From NCBI GenBank assembly GCA_963841015.1, contig CAWJAX010000002.1:128001-192000 (forward strand): DNA of 64,000 bases. The letters are read 5' to 3'. The position numbers and the translations under genes were made by a program. Source of the stretch: an uncultured Methanoregulaceae archaeon. Its GTDB lineage: Archaea; Halobacteriota; Methanomicrobia; Methanomicrobiales; Methanospirillaceae. The notes below the pieces were generated by a model. The model was not told the origin of the DNA and did not search any database. It worked only from the letters and a program-made list of their open reading frames with translations. Of this stretch, positions 11,231-22,120 are shown in pieces; the first letter of the stretch is position 1, and every line of letters begins with the position of its first letter.

Positions 11231-11740
11231 TCAGATATCCACGATCTCTCCCGATCGCGTTACTGTATCGATGAGCGCTACGGTACTCCTGCCGGTCAGG
11301 TGCCCGTACACCTCGCCAGGATTCACGATGAGCAGCGACCCCTCTCTCCTGATTTCCGGGCGGTGGGTATGACCATACACCAGCAGGTCGAGCGAACCAC
11401 ACGCCGTAAGCGTCTCCGGCAGCTCCCGATCATTGCCGTGCAGGAGCGCAATCCTCATCCCTCCCAGATCGATACGGGCAAAGGTTCCCGTGATCTTCAT
11501 GGAGGGAAGCATGCCGGATTTTCTTTCAAGGAGTACCTTGTCCCCGTCATTGTTCCCGAATACCCCTGTCAGGGGTGCCTCCAGTTCTTTCAGGGAATCG
11601 ATCATGAACGGGGATATGAAATCTCCCGCGTGCAGGACATGCTCCACGCCCCGGCTGTTGAACAGTGACACGGCTTTTTTTGTCTGCACGATATTATCGT
11701 GAGTATCAGACATGACACCAATGAGCATTCTTTCCACCAC
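11231..11740 (-). CDS. Metallophosphoesterase (YfcE/MJ0936 family)
   Basis: SDTHDN, HAGD, GNND, LHG, GHTH, NPG motifs. Confidence 0.93.
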   Translation of the reverse strand: MVERMLIGVMSDTHDNIVQTKKAVSLFNSRGVEHVLHAGDFISPFMIDSLKELEAPLTGVFGNNDGDKVLLERKSGMLPSMKITGTFARIDLGGMRIALLHGNDRELPETLTACGSLDLLVYGHTHRPEIRREGSLLIVNPGEVYGHLTGRSTVALIDTVTRSGEIVDI

Positions 11741-11839
11741 GGTTCCATCGTCCGGGAAGGTGATAATTATTTGCCGAATGATTGGGACTGAATCTCCGGC
11801 TTTTAGACTCTGGCACTTCCGGAGACCACCACTCGTTTA

Positions 11840-11962
11840 TCAGAACCAGTGAAAATAAAAATAGTTCAGGATAAACGTTACAAAAATGAGGCCCACGATA
11901 ACAAAGGCACTTACGGTAATAATATCCAGTTCATCAGAAAGGAGGAACCTGCGACGCTTCAT
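11840..11962 (-). CDS. 40-aa single-TM small protein (not in ORF track)
   Basis: MKRRRFLLSDELDIITVSAFVIVGLIFVTFILNYFYFHWF*. Confidence 0.5.
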   Translation of the reverse strand: MKRRRFLLSDELDIITVSAFVIVGLIFVTFILNYFYFHWF

Positions 11963-12141
11963 ATAAGGTAATTTTACTACAGTCATTATTTATCAACTTC
12001 CCTAAACTATGCTATGAAGGCCGATTGAGCTCTGAGCTGTTTTTATGAATACTGCCATCACCTCTGGTGGGTCCCATAATCGCATGTACCCATAACCCCG
12101 TACAACAAGCGTATTCGCAGCCTGTTCCTGATGCAGTCTTC

Positions 12142-12297
12142 CTATCTGAACACACTGATTTTCTGCAGGATATACCTGCGAACACTGGCATCTTTCTCGC
12201 CTTTAAGACGCAGTTTAAGAATGTCCAGAACCGTTTCTTCCGTCATGACGAAACGTTTCCTGGAGATCTTTCCAACCTGCTGTAAATGAGTTATCAT
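12142..12297 (-). CDS. Small hypothetical protein
   Basis: Short basic ORF MITHLQQVGK... Confidence 0.4.
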   Translation of the reverse strand: MITHLQQVGKISRKRFVMTEETVLDILKLRLKGEKDASVRRYILQKISVFR

Positions 12298-12460
12298 GCC
12301 AACCTTTTTTTTACGAGCAGGTATAACGAGAGAACTTCTCAATAATCTTTCCCCGTGTTATAAGATTTGTTACAAAAAATGAAAACAAATCGCGACTACA
12401 CGAGGTTCAGGACAGGCTGTCAGGGAGGGCAGGATCGCAGCCACACCCGGGTTCTGAAGT

Positions 12461-12916
12461 TCAGACCTGGTGCATGGTGCGTTCATTGTAGAGCCAGCCA
12501 ATAACTATTCCAAGAAGGAGAAACCTTGCTGCATTAAACATTACCCCGATGAGGAAGTAATACCGGGAATCAAAAGAATTACTCATCCCAAAAATACTCT
12601 GAGGAACATCGATCAGGATTACAGCAATTACCATGGCTATAACGCTTATAATAACGGATTTCAGGATTGGATTCTTTGATGGAATCTTATCAAAATAAAA
12701 AAGCAGGACATAACTGACACATAATCCGATAATCATTCCCATAAGCAAAGAGGCAACCCAAACCGTCTGAAGGCTCCAGTTTGAATAGGCAGCTCTATAC
12801 TCCGCAGCGATGGGAAGCAGGGACGTTGCGATAGTAGTTGCCCAGAATACCAGTCCTCCCGCAATAGTCAGTTTGAGCACTTTTTTTGAAGTGATGGGCG
12901 AGCCTGCTTTTGGCAT
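12461..12916 (-). CDS. Four-TM membrane protein
   Basis: Four hydrophobic segments. Confidence 0.75.
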   Translation of the reverse strand: MPKAGSPITSKKVLKLTIAGGLVFWATTIATSLLPIAAEYRAAYSNWSLQTVWVASLLMGMIIGLCVSYVLLFYFDKIPSKNPILKSVIISVIAMVIAVILIDVPQSIFGMSNSFDSRYYFLIGVMFNAARFLLLGIVIGWLYNERTMHQV

Positions 12917-13208
12917 TGTGTTTGTCTTTTTAAAATTTCTCTTAAGAGATTAAATTTTATTGTATTTCTGGCAGAAAAATCAGTTTTTTTAACATTAAAA
13001 ATGAAAACGCGGCTGAAATTTAAAAAAAAACCGGATTTGAAGATCAACCTTGTGGCCAAATTGGGTTGCAGGGATGGAGTGTGCTGCAAAATGTGGAACT
13101 TTGTGCAAAGAACACTTTCACCCGCCCCGGCTCGGGCATTATCTGCCCTGGGTCTCTGATGTGTATTACACTATGCGACCGGCCCGGGAAGGTGACATTG
13201 AGTAAAAA

Positions 13209-13754
13209 ATGAATTTTGAAGATATCCACACTATCGAAGACCTGGCGGTGGTTTCAGAAGCAGTTGTCTGGCAGCATTTTGAACAGTTAGCGGCCTTCAT
13301 CTTTGAAAAAAATGGGTTCAGGGTCAAAGTAAACACCGTAAAAACCCATCAGAAAACAAAAAGACAGTATGACGTGATCGCCTGGAAGGGCAACCAGACC
13401 TTCCTCGCAGAATGCAAGAAATGGGCAGGCAACCGCTACCGGCTGTCAGCACTGAAAAAGGCGGTTGAACAGCATAAGGAACGAACCCTGTTTTATGCAG
13501 CGGTCACAAACGAGGATGCGATCCCCCTCCTCGTCACCCTCATCGAAGAGGACATACGGTTCTATGAAGGAGTTCCCATCGTGCCTGTCCAGAAGCTCAA
13601 CGGATTTGTCAATGAACTGGACGGGTACGTACAGGGGAATTTCTTTTGGGATTGTGAAGATGACATTTCGTATAATGACGATATGTCCTTTGAAGATAAT
13701 CGACCCTGTGAAGATTACCTGCCTTTACCTGACACCAGGTCACCACTCCCTTGA
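13209..13754 (+). CDS. Mrr-like restriction endonuclease domain protein
   Basis: WQHFEQL..IF...GF, QYDVIA, LAECK: a PD-(D/E)xK pattern. Confidence 0.8.
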   Translation: MNFEDIHTIEDLAVVSEAVVWQHFEQLAAFIFEKNGFRVKVNTVKTHQKTKRQYDVIAWKGNQTFLAECKKWAGNRYRLSALKKAVEQHKERTLFYAAVTNEDAIPLLVTLIEEDIRFYEGVPIVPVQKLNGFVNELDGYVQGNFFWDCEDDISYNDDMSFEDNRPCEDYLPLPDTRSPLP

Positions 13755-13761
13755 TCTGGCA

Positions 13762-13786
13762 ACATACTCATTGCCAATGAGTATGT
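13762..13786. promoter_or_regulatory. Palindromic operator-like site upstream of the PIN module
   Basis: ACATACTCATTG-C-CAATGAGTATGT, perfect 12-bp arms. Confidence 0.5.
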
Positions 13787-13845
13787 AAAAAATAATGCAA
13801 TCTTTTATCGGTTTTAGATAAGAATAGTGAAGCAGGGAGTCCATT

Positions 13846-14293
13846 GTGAAAATATACCTGGACGTATGCTGCTTATGCCGACCTTTTGATAATCATCATT
13901 AGACAAGGATCAGGCTTGAAACCGAGGCCATTCTTGCGATCCTCAAACACTGCTCACTTGACTGGGAGATGGTCACCAGTACCAGCAGTATTGTACGAGA
14001 TTGGTCTCATAGGTGATCCGGTGAGAAGATCTCATGTCATGCAGCTGACCCGCCGTGCCCGAAAGACGCTTCGGGTTGATGAAGTCCTGTTGTCGCGGGC
14101 AGAAAAAATTCAAGAGACCGGGATCATGGGTATGGATGCCATCCATATTGCATGTGCGGAGAAAGCCGGTGCGGTCTTTCTGACTACGGATGATGAGGTG
14201 ATAAGGATTATGAAGAAGCATACCCCAGATATATTAATACGGGTCGATAATCCGTTGCGCTGGCTGATGGAGTTGAACCATGACAGAGAGTAA
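13846..14293 (+). pseudogene. PIN-domain toxin with in-frame stop and frameshift
   Basis: GTG start, KIYLDVCCLCRPFDNHH*TRIRLETEAILAI, then ...MDAIHIACAE...FLTTDD...NP..WL. Confidence 0.8.
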
Positions 14294-14486
14294 GACAATT
14301 GCCCAGATCCAGAGCGAAGGGTACGATGCCCTGGTAAATGCCCTTGGACCGGAGGATGCAGTGCGGTTTATAAGGAGTTTTGATCCCGGGAGCGGAGACT
14401 ATACCCAGGAACGGAAGAAATACCTGAAGAAGAAGACGGTAAAGCAGATTGGAAAAGAGATTCTGGCGCTGCAGAAGACCTCTTGA
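14280..14486 (+). CDS. Putative antitoxin partner of the PIN gene
   Basis: Overlaps PIN 3' end; GYDALVNALGP.DAVRFI..F..GSGDYT.ER. Confidence 0.7.
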   Translation: MTESKTIAQIQSEGYDALVNALGPEDAVRFIRSFDPGSGDYTQERKKYLKKKTVKQIGKEILALQKTS

Positions 14487-14640
14487 TCCTTTTTTATATC
14501 TTCCGGTTCATCCCAGTTCATCCTCTGCTGCCATGGTTTTGTCGATGAGCATGACCGGGTTGCAGGTGGCGCAGTAACGTTCCCTCCCGTATCCTTTTCC
14601 TGATTCCCCGGTGTATTTTTCAGGACAGTCCCCTCTCCAC

Positions 14641-15040
14641 TCCGGCACGTTCAGGAAGAACCCGTCCACAAGGGTTTTTGTCCTCCAGGACATGAATCAA
14701 TAGCGATAGCATGAGGACCATGAGAAAAGGGATTTTAGTTTCGAAAAAAGGGACAAAGGAAGGGTATTTCCCGATATTTATTGATGACCGGGATTTTGTG
14801 CATTCCGTGCTGGCAGAAGCCATGGAGCAATGGAAACAGCACAAGACACACGATGCCGTGCACGACGGGATGGTGTTTTTCGAGATTGCCAATGCGATCG
14901 GAAAGGAGAGGACGAAATCTCATCAGTTCATAGGTGCTGAATCGATTCCCGAGAGGGAACTTGAGGCGGGGTTTACCCAGGCGTCGTATATTTTCGCGGT
15001 GGATTTTAAGGAAGGTAAGGTCAGGAAAGTGAAATAGGGG
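14641..15040 (+). repeat. Direct repeat copy 1 (paired with 19102-19650)
   Basis: Near-identical gene plus a shared upstream segment starting TCCGGCACGT. Confidence 0.9.
14711..15037 (+). CDS. Hypothetical protein (paralog of 19173)
   Basis: Clean 108-aa ORF, duplicated in the window. Confidence 0.75.
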   Translation: MRTMRKGILVSKKGTKEGYFPIFIDDRDFVHSVLAEAMEQWKQHKTHDAVHDGMVFFEIANAIGKERTKSHQFIGAESIPERELEAGFTQASYIFAVDFKEGKVRKVK

Positions 15041-15146
15041 GGAAGACCCGGATAAAAAGACCATGAATCCCGTTGATTGAGTTGATGCTCATTTGGGGCT
15101 TTTTTTCGCCCCTCGCCAGAGTGTGCCCAAAGAGGCACAAAAATAA

Positions 15147-16298
15147 TTACTGCCCGGTTCCCCGTGCGATGATCCTGAGGTAATCGGCAAAGAGATATTT
15201 CTTGTATCGTTTTTTCCCGGTGATCTCATGGAGAATTTCCAGTTTTTCGAACTGGCCTGCCAGATCATAGGCAGGCTGGTGACTGATACCAAGCGCTGAA
15301 CTGATATCGGCAACGGTGACGACAGGTTTTGTGAACAGGAGGTCGAGGAGCCGGACGGCATTCAACCCCCCGGCATTATTTTTGATAAGGGTACCGGTGA
15401 GCCGTTCCTTGAGGGTGATGATCTCCCTGGCATTGGCAAGAGCTTCTTTAGAGACTTCGATAATGCCGCGGAGGAAGAATTTCAGCCACGATTCCCAGTC
15501 TCCTTCGATCCGGATTTCCTGGAGCAGGGAATAGTATTCTTCCCGGTGTTGTTTTAAGTAGATGCTCAGGTACAGGAGAGGTCGGGCAAGGATGCCTTTC
15601 TGGCAGAGATAAAAGGTGATGAACAACCGTCCCATCCGGCCGTTCCCATCAATGAACGGATGGATCGTCTCAAACTGCGCATGAACGAGCCCGATCTTGA
15701 TCAGGGGAGGAATCCGGTCATCGGCCATGATGAACGCTTCGAGATCGGCGAGCAGTTCCGGCACCTTTTCCGGGGGCGGCGGAACGAACGTCGCGGAATG
15801 CAGGCTGGAGCCGGCCGGACCGATCCAGTTCTGTACCGTGCGGATCTTTCCTGACTCTTTCCTGCTGCCGCGTGTCCCCCAGAGGAGGACACGATGGATT
15901 TCCTGGAGAATCTCCACAGAAAAGAGCTCGTGGCTCGTGCGTGCGAGTCCCTCATCCATCGCCCGGATATAGTTGATGACCTCTTTGACCTCGTTGATGT
16001 CATCAACGGGGACCATATCTGCCTCGAACTCAAGCACGCCCTGGAGCGATGCCTGCGTTCCTTCGATCTGAGAACTGAGCAGCGCCTCTTTTTTTACGTA
16101 CATGGCGACGAAGAGATCTGCGTTTGGGAGAACCGTTGTCATGCCGTCAAGACGTGCGAGGGCGCGATCTGCTTCCGAGAGGAGGTGATGAAGTTCGTCA
16201 TCGAAATGGACCGGGGGATCCGGGGGCAGGGGTTTAGGGATATATGCCTGGTATCCTCCTTTCTGGCGTACCGTGATTCCCATCCGGCTTTCAGTCAT
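15147..16298 (-). CDS. Fic family protein with C-terminal HTH
   Basis: HPFIDGNGRMGR Fic motif; SSQIEG inhibitory motif. Confidence 0.95.
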   Translation of the reverse strand: MTESRMGITVRQKGGYQAYIPKPLPPDPPVHFDDELHHLLSEADRALARLDGMTTVLPNADLFVAMYVKKEALLSSQIEGTQASLQGVLEFEADMVPVDDINEVKEVINYIRAMDEGLARTSHELFSVEILQEIHRVLLWGTRGSRKESGKIRTVQNWIGPAGSSLHSATFVPPPPEKVPELLADLEAFIMADDRIPPLIKIGLVHAQFETIHPFIDGNGRMGRLFITFYLCQKGILARPLLYLSIYLKQHREEYYSLLQEIRIEGDWESWLKFFLRGIIEVSKEALANAREIITLKERLTGTLIKNNAGGLNAVRLLDLLFTKPVVTVADISSALGISHQPAYDLAGQFEKLEILHEITGKKRYKKYLFADYLRIIARGTGQ

Positions 16299-16906
16299 AA
16301 TTCTTCTTCTCCAGAATATCCGTACAGTTTCTTCTTGTAATTCTGGCCAGCCAGAGTTACACACGATTGTTATGGTTAAATTCTGTTTAACCAGAATAAG
16401 ATTGTTGCGCACAGGGGAACCTTGCATGGCACAAAAATGGTGAAATTTTTTTAAAAGAACGAGTGGATCCGTGTGCATTCCGCCACCTTACGCCGGAGTG
16501 CCATGGAGCGGACCGATCCCCCGCAATTCTCTCCTTTTTTGCCAAAATACGCCCAGATACCCCCATCTTCAAGGGAAGGCAGCCAAAGGGTTCCAGGGCT
16601 CGATCTCCTCTTCAATGGGCTAAAGGAGGTGCCTGATGAAAACGAGCTCATGTTTGGGGGGTCGGATTCAGGTTATATTAGAGGTTATTTTGGCAATCAG
16701 GGCTGTTTTTGGGCATTTCTTTGAAAAGGAGAAATCGGGGCGTTTTACGGGTTTTTCCGGGAGAGGTTTTTGGGAAACGGAGGCTGAACCGGGCCCGGAT
16801 TGGGGGTGAGGGAGATGCAGTGGTGTCGTGATGGTGTTTTTATTCCCCGGGAACCGGGATTGAGAGATTCCCTTTTCTCCCGAACGAATCCCGATAGTAT
16901 CGTATT

Positions 16907-17356
16907 TTACGTTTTATTTTTCAATCCCTGGGCAAATGCCCGTGCTGCTGCCAGGTCGTTCTCATCCGGTCTTCCCTTATTGATTCCCCCGAAGAGCTTC
17001 AGAGGACCGACCGTATCCCATCCCTTGCAGCAAAATTCATCCAGAACCACGAATCCCCGGTTTGCCAGCTTTTCCTTCAGGGCGTTATGATGCATCTTTC
17101 CATCGCCAGAGGTAGAGAACACAAAAGCCTTTTTCTGGGTCACGGGCGGCAGCGTCTCCACAAACTGGAAGAGCGTCTTGTGGTGTTTCCCAAAATAGAT
17201 CCCGGACCCGAACCCGATCAGGTCCCAGGTCGCGAGCGTTTCGGGTTGCGCCTTCGCGATTTGGACAATATCCGCTTCCAGCTCTTCTGCCATCACCTTT
17301 GCAACTTTTTCGGTATTCTGGTGATGAACCGAGGTATAGACAATCATTGTTTTCAT
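16907..17356 (-). CDS. Flavodoxin family protein
   Basis: YTSVHHQNTEKVA, GFGSGIY, FSTSG, GRPDE.DL..A..F. Confidence 0.9.
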   Translation of the reverse strand: MKTMIVYTSVHHQNTEKVAKVMAEELEADIVQIAKAQPETLATWDLIGFGSGIYFGKHHKTLFQFVETLPPVTQKKAFVFSTSGDGKMHHNALKEKLANRGFVVLDEFCCKGWDTVGPLKLFGGINKGRPDENDLAAARAFAQGLKNKT

Positions 17357-17673
17357 GAGGGCTCTCCATCCTTGTATTAGAATAGGCTCCTTGTTTTTTA
17401 TAGTGCTGGTTTACCTCCAATTAAAAAAAATAGTTCCTGGATTATGCCAAATGTTGCTTGATCATTTTTGAACATATGATCCTGTCATCTTTTTTTGCCT
17501 CTGGAGAAACCCCAGGAATACGAAAGGAAAAGTAGCACGAGCACCATGAAAAATTCAGGTTTTTATAATCTCTTTTTTTAAAGGAAAAATCATCCCTGGC
17601 TGATAAACCCGGGTCATGCCTTCTGATTCATTTGGACTGGCAGAACAATAATTCTCAGATTCGTTTCTTCGGG

Positions 17674-17796
17674 TTAATGATCCAGTGTACAAGGATCGGA
17701 TTTTTCACTGTTTTTATGTGTACCATTCGAAATATGAACATCACATTCTGTAAGATATTGACATTTGCTGCAATCAGATAATGTTTTGATGACCAT
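17674..17796 (-). CDS. 40-aa Cys-rich small protein (not in ORF track)
   Basis: MVIKTLSDCSKCQYLTECDVHISNGTHKNSEKSDPCTLDH*, with upstream AGGGG RBS and TATA-like box. Confidence 0.45.
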   Translation of the reverse strand: MVIKTLSDCSKCQYLTECDVHISNGTHKNSEKSDPCTLDH

Positions 17797-18067
17797 ATTC
17801 CCCTTTGGTTGTTACCATCACGGGTGTTATCCATATAACCATTGTGATAATTTTCAAATTTTGGTTTCAAAAGTGATGTGTTCAAAAAGCATGTATCCGT
17901 CATGGATGCTTCATATGATGTTCCCATTTTTAACCCGACAAAAAAACCACCGCAAAAAAAAGAATCCGGTACAGCTGTTCTGCCTTCAAAGAAGCACATA
18001 CATTCGTTATAGTGGCATAAATCCTGAATGATGGTGAATATACCTGCCGAATACAATTTCCCGGGAA

Positions 18068-18511
18068 TTATGATCCCTGGTTACCCCGGATCTTCTTTAA
18101 GACAACTTCAGCAATCTCATGTTCAGTAATTTTTATTTCTTCCCTGACCGGAAGGGACCAGCCGATAATATGATCGATCATCGCCGTTCCTTTAATCTCC
18201 AAAAGAATATTCCCTTTTTTTATCAGACTCACAAACCCTTCGAAAAGGGCGAGATTGTGAGAGGTAAGCGGGACTATTATCTCAATACTGTCACTTGCCG
18301 GGATATCCATTTTGCTTGTCTGACCGCTGGCAATCTCTTTTTCCTGAGTACCACTCCGAAAATAAACAATGAACGGGAGTGCCCGTACTGTCGCCCCGAA
18401 AGGATTGGGATTTTCAATTTTGAGAATGACATCGAAATCTATAGATGAAAGGTGAAGGGCCCGGATTTTCACCCCTTTAATAGTAACGACAGGCTCACTC
18501 AGGGTTTGCAT
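18068..18511 (-). CDS. LEA type 2 / WHy domain protein
   Basis: L.IENPNPFG motif, beta-rich pattern. Confidence 0.8.
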   Translation of the reverse strand: MQTLSEPVVTIKGVKIRALHLSSIDFDVILKIENPNPFGATVRALPFIVYFRSGTQEKEIASGQTSKMDIPASDSIEIIVPLTSHNLALFEGFVSLIKKGNILLEIKGTAMIDHIIGWSLPVREEIKITEHEIAEVVLKKIRGNQGS

Positions 18512-18754
18512 GTCAGACTGTTTTACTCATAAAGCCTATAAGTATTTTAGTACCAGGTTAATTCCTCTCCGGAGTTCCCACACTCCTTTGCCAGCTGGTA
18601 TGATAATCGGATTTCCCGGAGCCGTGGTGCTCATCCAGGGAACCAGAAAATAGGGAACCAGAAAATATAATTTTCCAGTACCCGGCTTAGTATTCACCAG
18701 TTGGAGCGAGTACATTGATTTTGTATTTTCAGGGAGATGGAGGGCAGGATTTAT

Positions 18755-18922
18755 TCATCTTGCATTTTTTACATCCATCTTCACCCTGTTACAGCACTTC
18801 GGACATCGGACATGAACCGGCTTCCTCGATCGCTCCAGGCTGGCGAGCCGTGACCCCATGTACGTCCACTCATAATTACATTGATGGCAGGTGACCCGGC
18901 AGGATGTGTAGAGGCAATCCAT
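18755..18922 (-). CDS. Small zinc-ribbon protein
   Basis: TCHQCNYEWTYMG...VRCPKC. Confidence 0.65.
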   Translation of the reverse strand: MDCLYTSCRVTCHQCNYEWTYMGSRLASLERSRKPVHVRCPKCCNRVKMDVKNAR

Positions 18923-19101
18923 AGGGTGTAATCGAACAGAATCTGATATGAGTGCAATGCGAATGAAGGGTGAAAGTGTCTGCACACGATAAAGAAGGGG
19001 GGTTTTGAAATACGGATCCCATTGACAGGAGTTTGCGCTCAACGGGGCTGTGCCCCTTACTGCGGTGGGCTGCCCGGAACGCACGGTTCCCGACCTGAAA
19101 C

Positions 19102-19650
19102 TCCGGCACGTCCAGGTGGGAGCGGTCTCCACAAGGGTTTTGTTCTTCAGAACATGAATCCTTAGCGATACCATGAGAACCATGAGAAAAGGGATTTTAG
19201 TCTCGAAAAAAGGAACCAAGGAAGGGTATTTCCCGATATTTATTGATGACCGGGATTTCGTTCATTCCGTTCTGGCAGAAGCCATGGAGCAATGGAAACA
19301 GCGTGAGACAAAAGATGCCGTGCATGACGGAATGGAGTTTTTCGAGATTGCCAATGCGATCGGAAAGGAAAGGACGAAATATCCTCAGTTCATAGGTGCT
19401 GAGTCGATTCCCGAGAGGGAGCTTGAGGCGGGGTTTACCCAGGCGTCGTATATTTTCGCGGTGGATTTTAAGGAAGGGAAGATCAGGAAGGTAATTGCCA
19501 ATGCGATCGGAAAGGAGAGGACGAAATCTCATCAGTTCATAGGTGCTGAGTCGATTCCCGAAAGGGATCTTGAGGCGGGGTTTAACCAGGCGTCGTATAT
19601 TTTCGCGGTTGATTTTGCGGGAGGGAAGATCAGGAAGGTAAAATAGGGGG
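19102..19650 (+). repeat. Direct repeat copy 2, with internal 147-bp tandem duplication
   Basis: ATTGCCAATGCGATCGG at 19347 and 19494. Confidence 0.9.
19173..19646 (+). CDS. Hypothetical protein with duplicated 49-aa C-terminal block
   Basis: IANAIGKERTK...GKIRKV occurs twice in frame. Confidence 0.7.
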   Translation: MRTMRKGILVSKKGTKEGYFPIFIDDRDFVHSVLAEAMEQWKQRETKDAVHDGMEFFEIANAIGKERTKYPQFIGAESIPERELEAGFTQASYIFAVDFKEGKIRKVIANAIGKERTKSHQFIGAESIPERDLEAGFNQASYIFAVDFAGGKIRKVK

Positions 19651-19696
19651 ATTATTGGTAAGGGGTGGAAAATGAAAGGAAAATTTAAGGAGAAGA

Positions 19697-21600
19697 TTAT
19701 TCAATTTCGTGTGCTTCAATCAACTCATTCATCCCGGCATTTTTAAGAATTGCGTAAGTCGGTTTCATATTTTCGAAAATTTTTGTCGGAACAAAAATGC
19801 ATAATCCATCTCGGCCGCGTGTCATCAAAACACGATACGCATTTTTTCTGATTTGATGGGGATCATTAATTTTATTGGTGGTATTCATTTTGAAATTCCA
19901 CCGTTTTCCATCAAAGATAAAATCATCTCCCCACACCAAAATGGAAAAATCAAGTTCTAATCCTTGACATTCAAACTCAGTAGCAGGACGTGAAAGGGCG
20001 CAACAGGATTCTGGATCAGTAGATGGGGCATTAAACCACCGGTTTACCCGAAGATTTTTAGTTCGTTCGAAATGCAATTGGTTGTCGATTCCGATTGATT
20101 CTAAATTTTTTGCATATCGCGAAGCAAGTAATCCAAATTTTTCATTTTTATCGTTTTGATACCGCAACCTAACATATCTTTTAGCGATTTCCAAATCCGA
20201 AGTGATGTAAAGCGGGTAACCGGCTCCAATGATCTTTTTCGATAATTCTACTAATTCAGGAAGATTGTTCGTCGGCTCACTCAGAAGAATCTCAACCCAC
20301 TTGTGGAGATCTTCTGCTAAATGAGATCGAAGAGAGACCGTCAAATTTAATAGAGGTTCGATTCTGCATTTGACATTCTGCGATTCAAATACATTTAAGA
20401 GATGTTGAGGGCAATGGACAACCCAATTGTTTTGTTTACCCGAATTGACCGCCTTTGCCCATTGGGATAAGCCGGCTTCTTCTCCACTGTAAATTTCTTG
20501 CCCCTCACCTACTAGACCTAATTACGACACACCAATCAGGGATCCGTTCTGCGATGGAGATGAGGAGAGAGGGTTCTGATGCTTTGATTTTATGCTTCTT
20601 TTCAACTAATTTTTCATCCCATGCTCTTTGGGCTTCATCGAAAATGATTATGTGTTCAAGAGGAATTGTATCCGGACGTTTGATAGCATGATAAATGACA
20701 TATTTTTTCATGCCTTGAACAAATGTTGAACTATGAAGAGCATCCTGTAACACATCTACGAGCGGACCGTTACCTGATAAAAAAACAACGGGAGCTCCTA
20801 ATTTTCTTCCATCTCTTTCAACCCTAAGATCATTCAATCGGGGTTCATGAGCGATCTGCAAACCCACGAGGGTTTTTCCTGAACCCGGAACCCCTGTTAA
20901 TAACACCAAATGTCGTGTTTTGGTTTCTGCTGCGGTATGAGCAATTTGGGTGATAAGTTCAACGGTTTCTGGAATTTTTGCGCTTGCAGCCTTTCGAATT
21001 TGTGGGAGAGGAAGATTGTGGTAAAGAAGATAAGCCGCTTGAATTAGACTAGGTAGAGGTGCATATTCGCCTTTTGTCCATTTGTCGGGATAAATCTGGG
21101 GGCCAATTTTTTTACGACAGAGTTCCACAAGTTCTTTTCCTAATATCCTTGGTGAGAGGATGGTTACACCATTAATCTCTGATCGTTCTGCATTGCTTCG
21201 AGTTAAAACAAGAATTGGAATGACTTTTAATTCATGGCATTCAGAATGATAATTTTTTAGATCTCTTGCATACGCCGCTACTTGATCAATATCAGATTCG
21301 ATTGCGGACACTTTACCTTTGAATTCAATTACAGCAACAATTCCATTTTCAAGAATAATCACATCGGGCCGTCGGCCTTGACGTGGTAATTCATATTCAA
21401 AAATTACTGTAAACGCTTTGGCCTGCTCTTCTTCTGAAAGCATGTATTGTCCTTCGCGTTGTACAGATCGGAATGCTAGAATCCCATGCTCGAATTTGAG
21501 AAATATTATGATCCTGCAAAAACTCTTCTATGGTTTGACGGATGATTCGGGGTTCTGCTTGGACAAATGAAGGTAAATCGGAGAGCCAACCGTATTCCAT
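19697..21600 (-). CDS. DUF2075 (Schlafen-group helicase-like ATPase) with N-terminal nuclease-like domain; frameshifts near 21462 and 20520
   Basis: RRPDVIIL...IEFK, GVPGSGKT, FDEAQR, EFECQGLELD, NAYRVLMTRGRDG across three ORFs. Confidence 0.85.
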
Positions 21601-21739
21601 TTAGACACACTCAATAAAACAAGTGATTGTTATGTCAAACGATAATACTACTTTTTTTATTCATTGAGCAAATAATGAAAAGTCTTTACTTATTTGATGG
21701 CTAGACCACATGGCGAGGGTCGATAAGCCCAAATACTTC

Positions 21740-22120
21740 TCAATACCCTCGCTTCCCCGGCACAACCCCCCGCACCCCGCCTCTCGGCTCTTTCACATCC
21801 CCAACATATCGCGGAATCATATGACAATGGCAGTGCATAACGGTCTGCCCGGCCGCTTTACCAATGTTGAACCCTATGTTGTACCCGGCCGGTCGAAAAT
21901 TCTTCTCAATCACTTCTTTACACTCATCGATCAAAGTAAGCAACTCCTGTTTCTCCTCAACAGTCAGGGAAAAATAATCAGCCACATGCCGGAATGGGAT
22001 CACGAGCAGGTGCCCATTGCTGACCGGGTAGCGGTCCCAACGGGCATAGATAAAATCGTTCTTCACTACAATGTCATCCGACACGGGATTGCAGAACGGG
22101 CATTTCACGGGATACTCCAT
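21740..22120 (-). CDS. HIT family hydrolase
   Basis: CPFC, D.YPVS.GHLL, AAGQTVMHCHCHMIPR, PRGGVR. Confidence 0.93.
   Translation of the reverse strand: MEYPVKCPFCNPVSDDIVVKNDFIYARWDRYPVSNGHLLVIPFRHVADYFSLTVEEKQELLTLIDECKEVIEKNFRPAGYNIGFNIGKAAGQTVMHCHCHMIPRYVGDVKEPRGGVRGVVPGKRGY

Noticed and set aside
18637-18666. 15-bp tandem duplication AGGGAACCAGAAAAT
   Set aside because: Only two copies; likely slippage.
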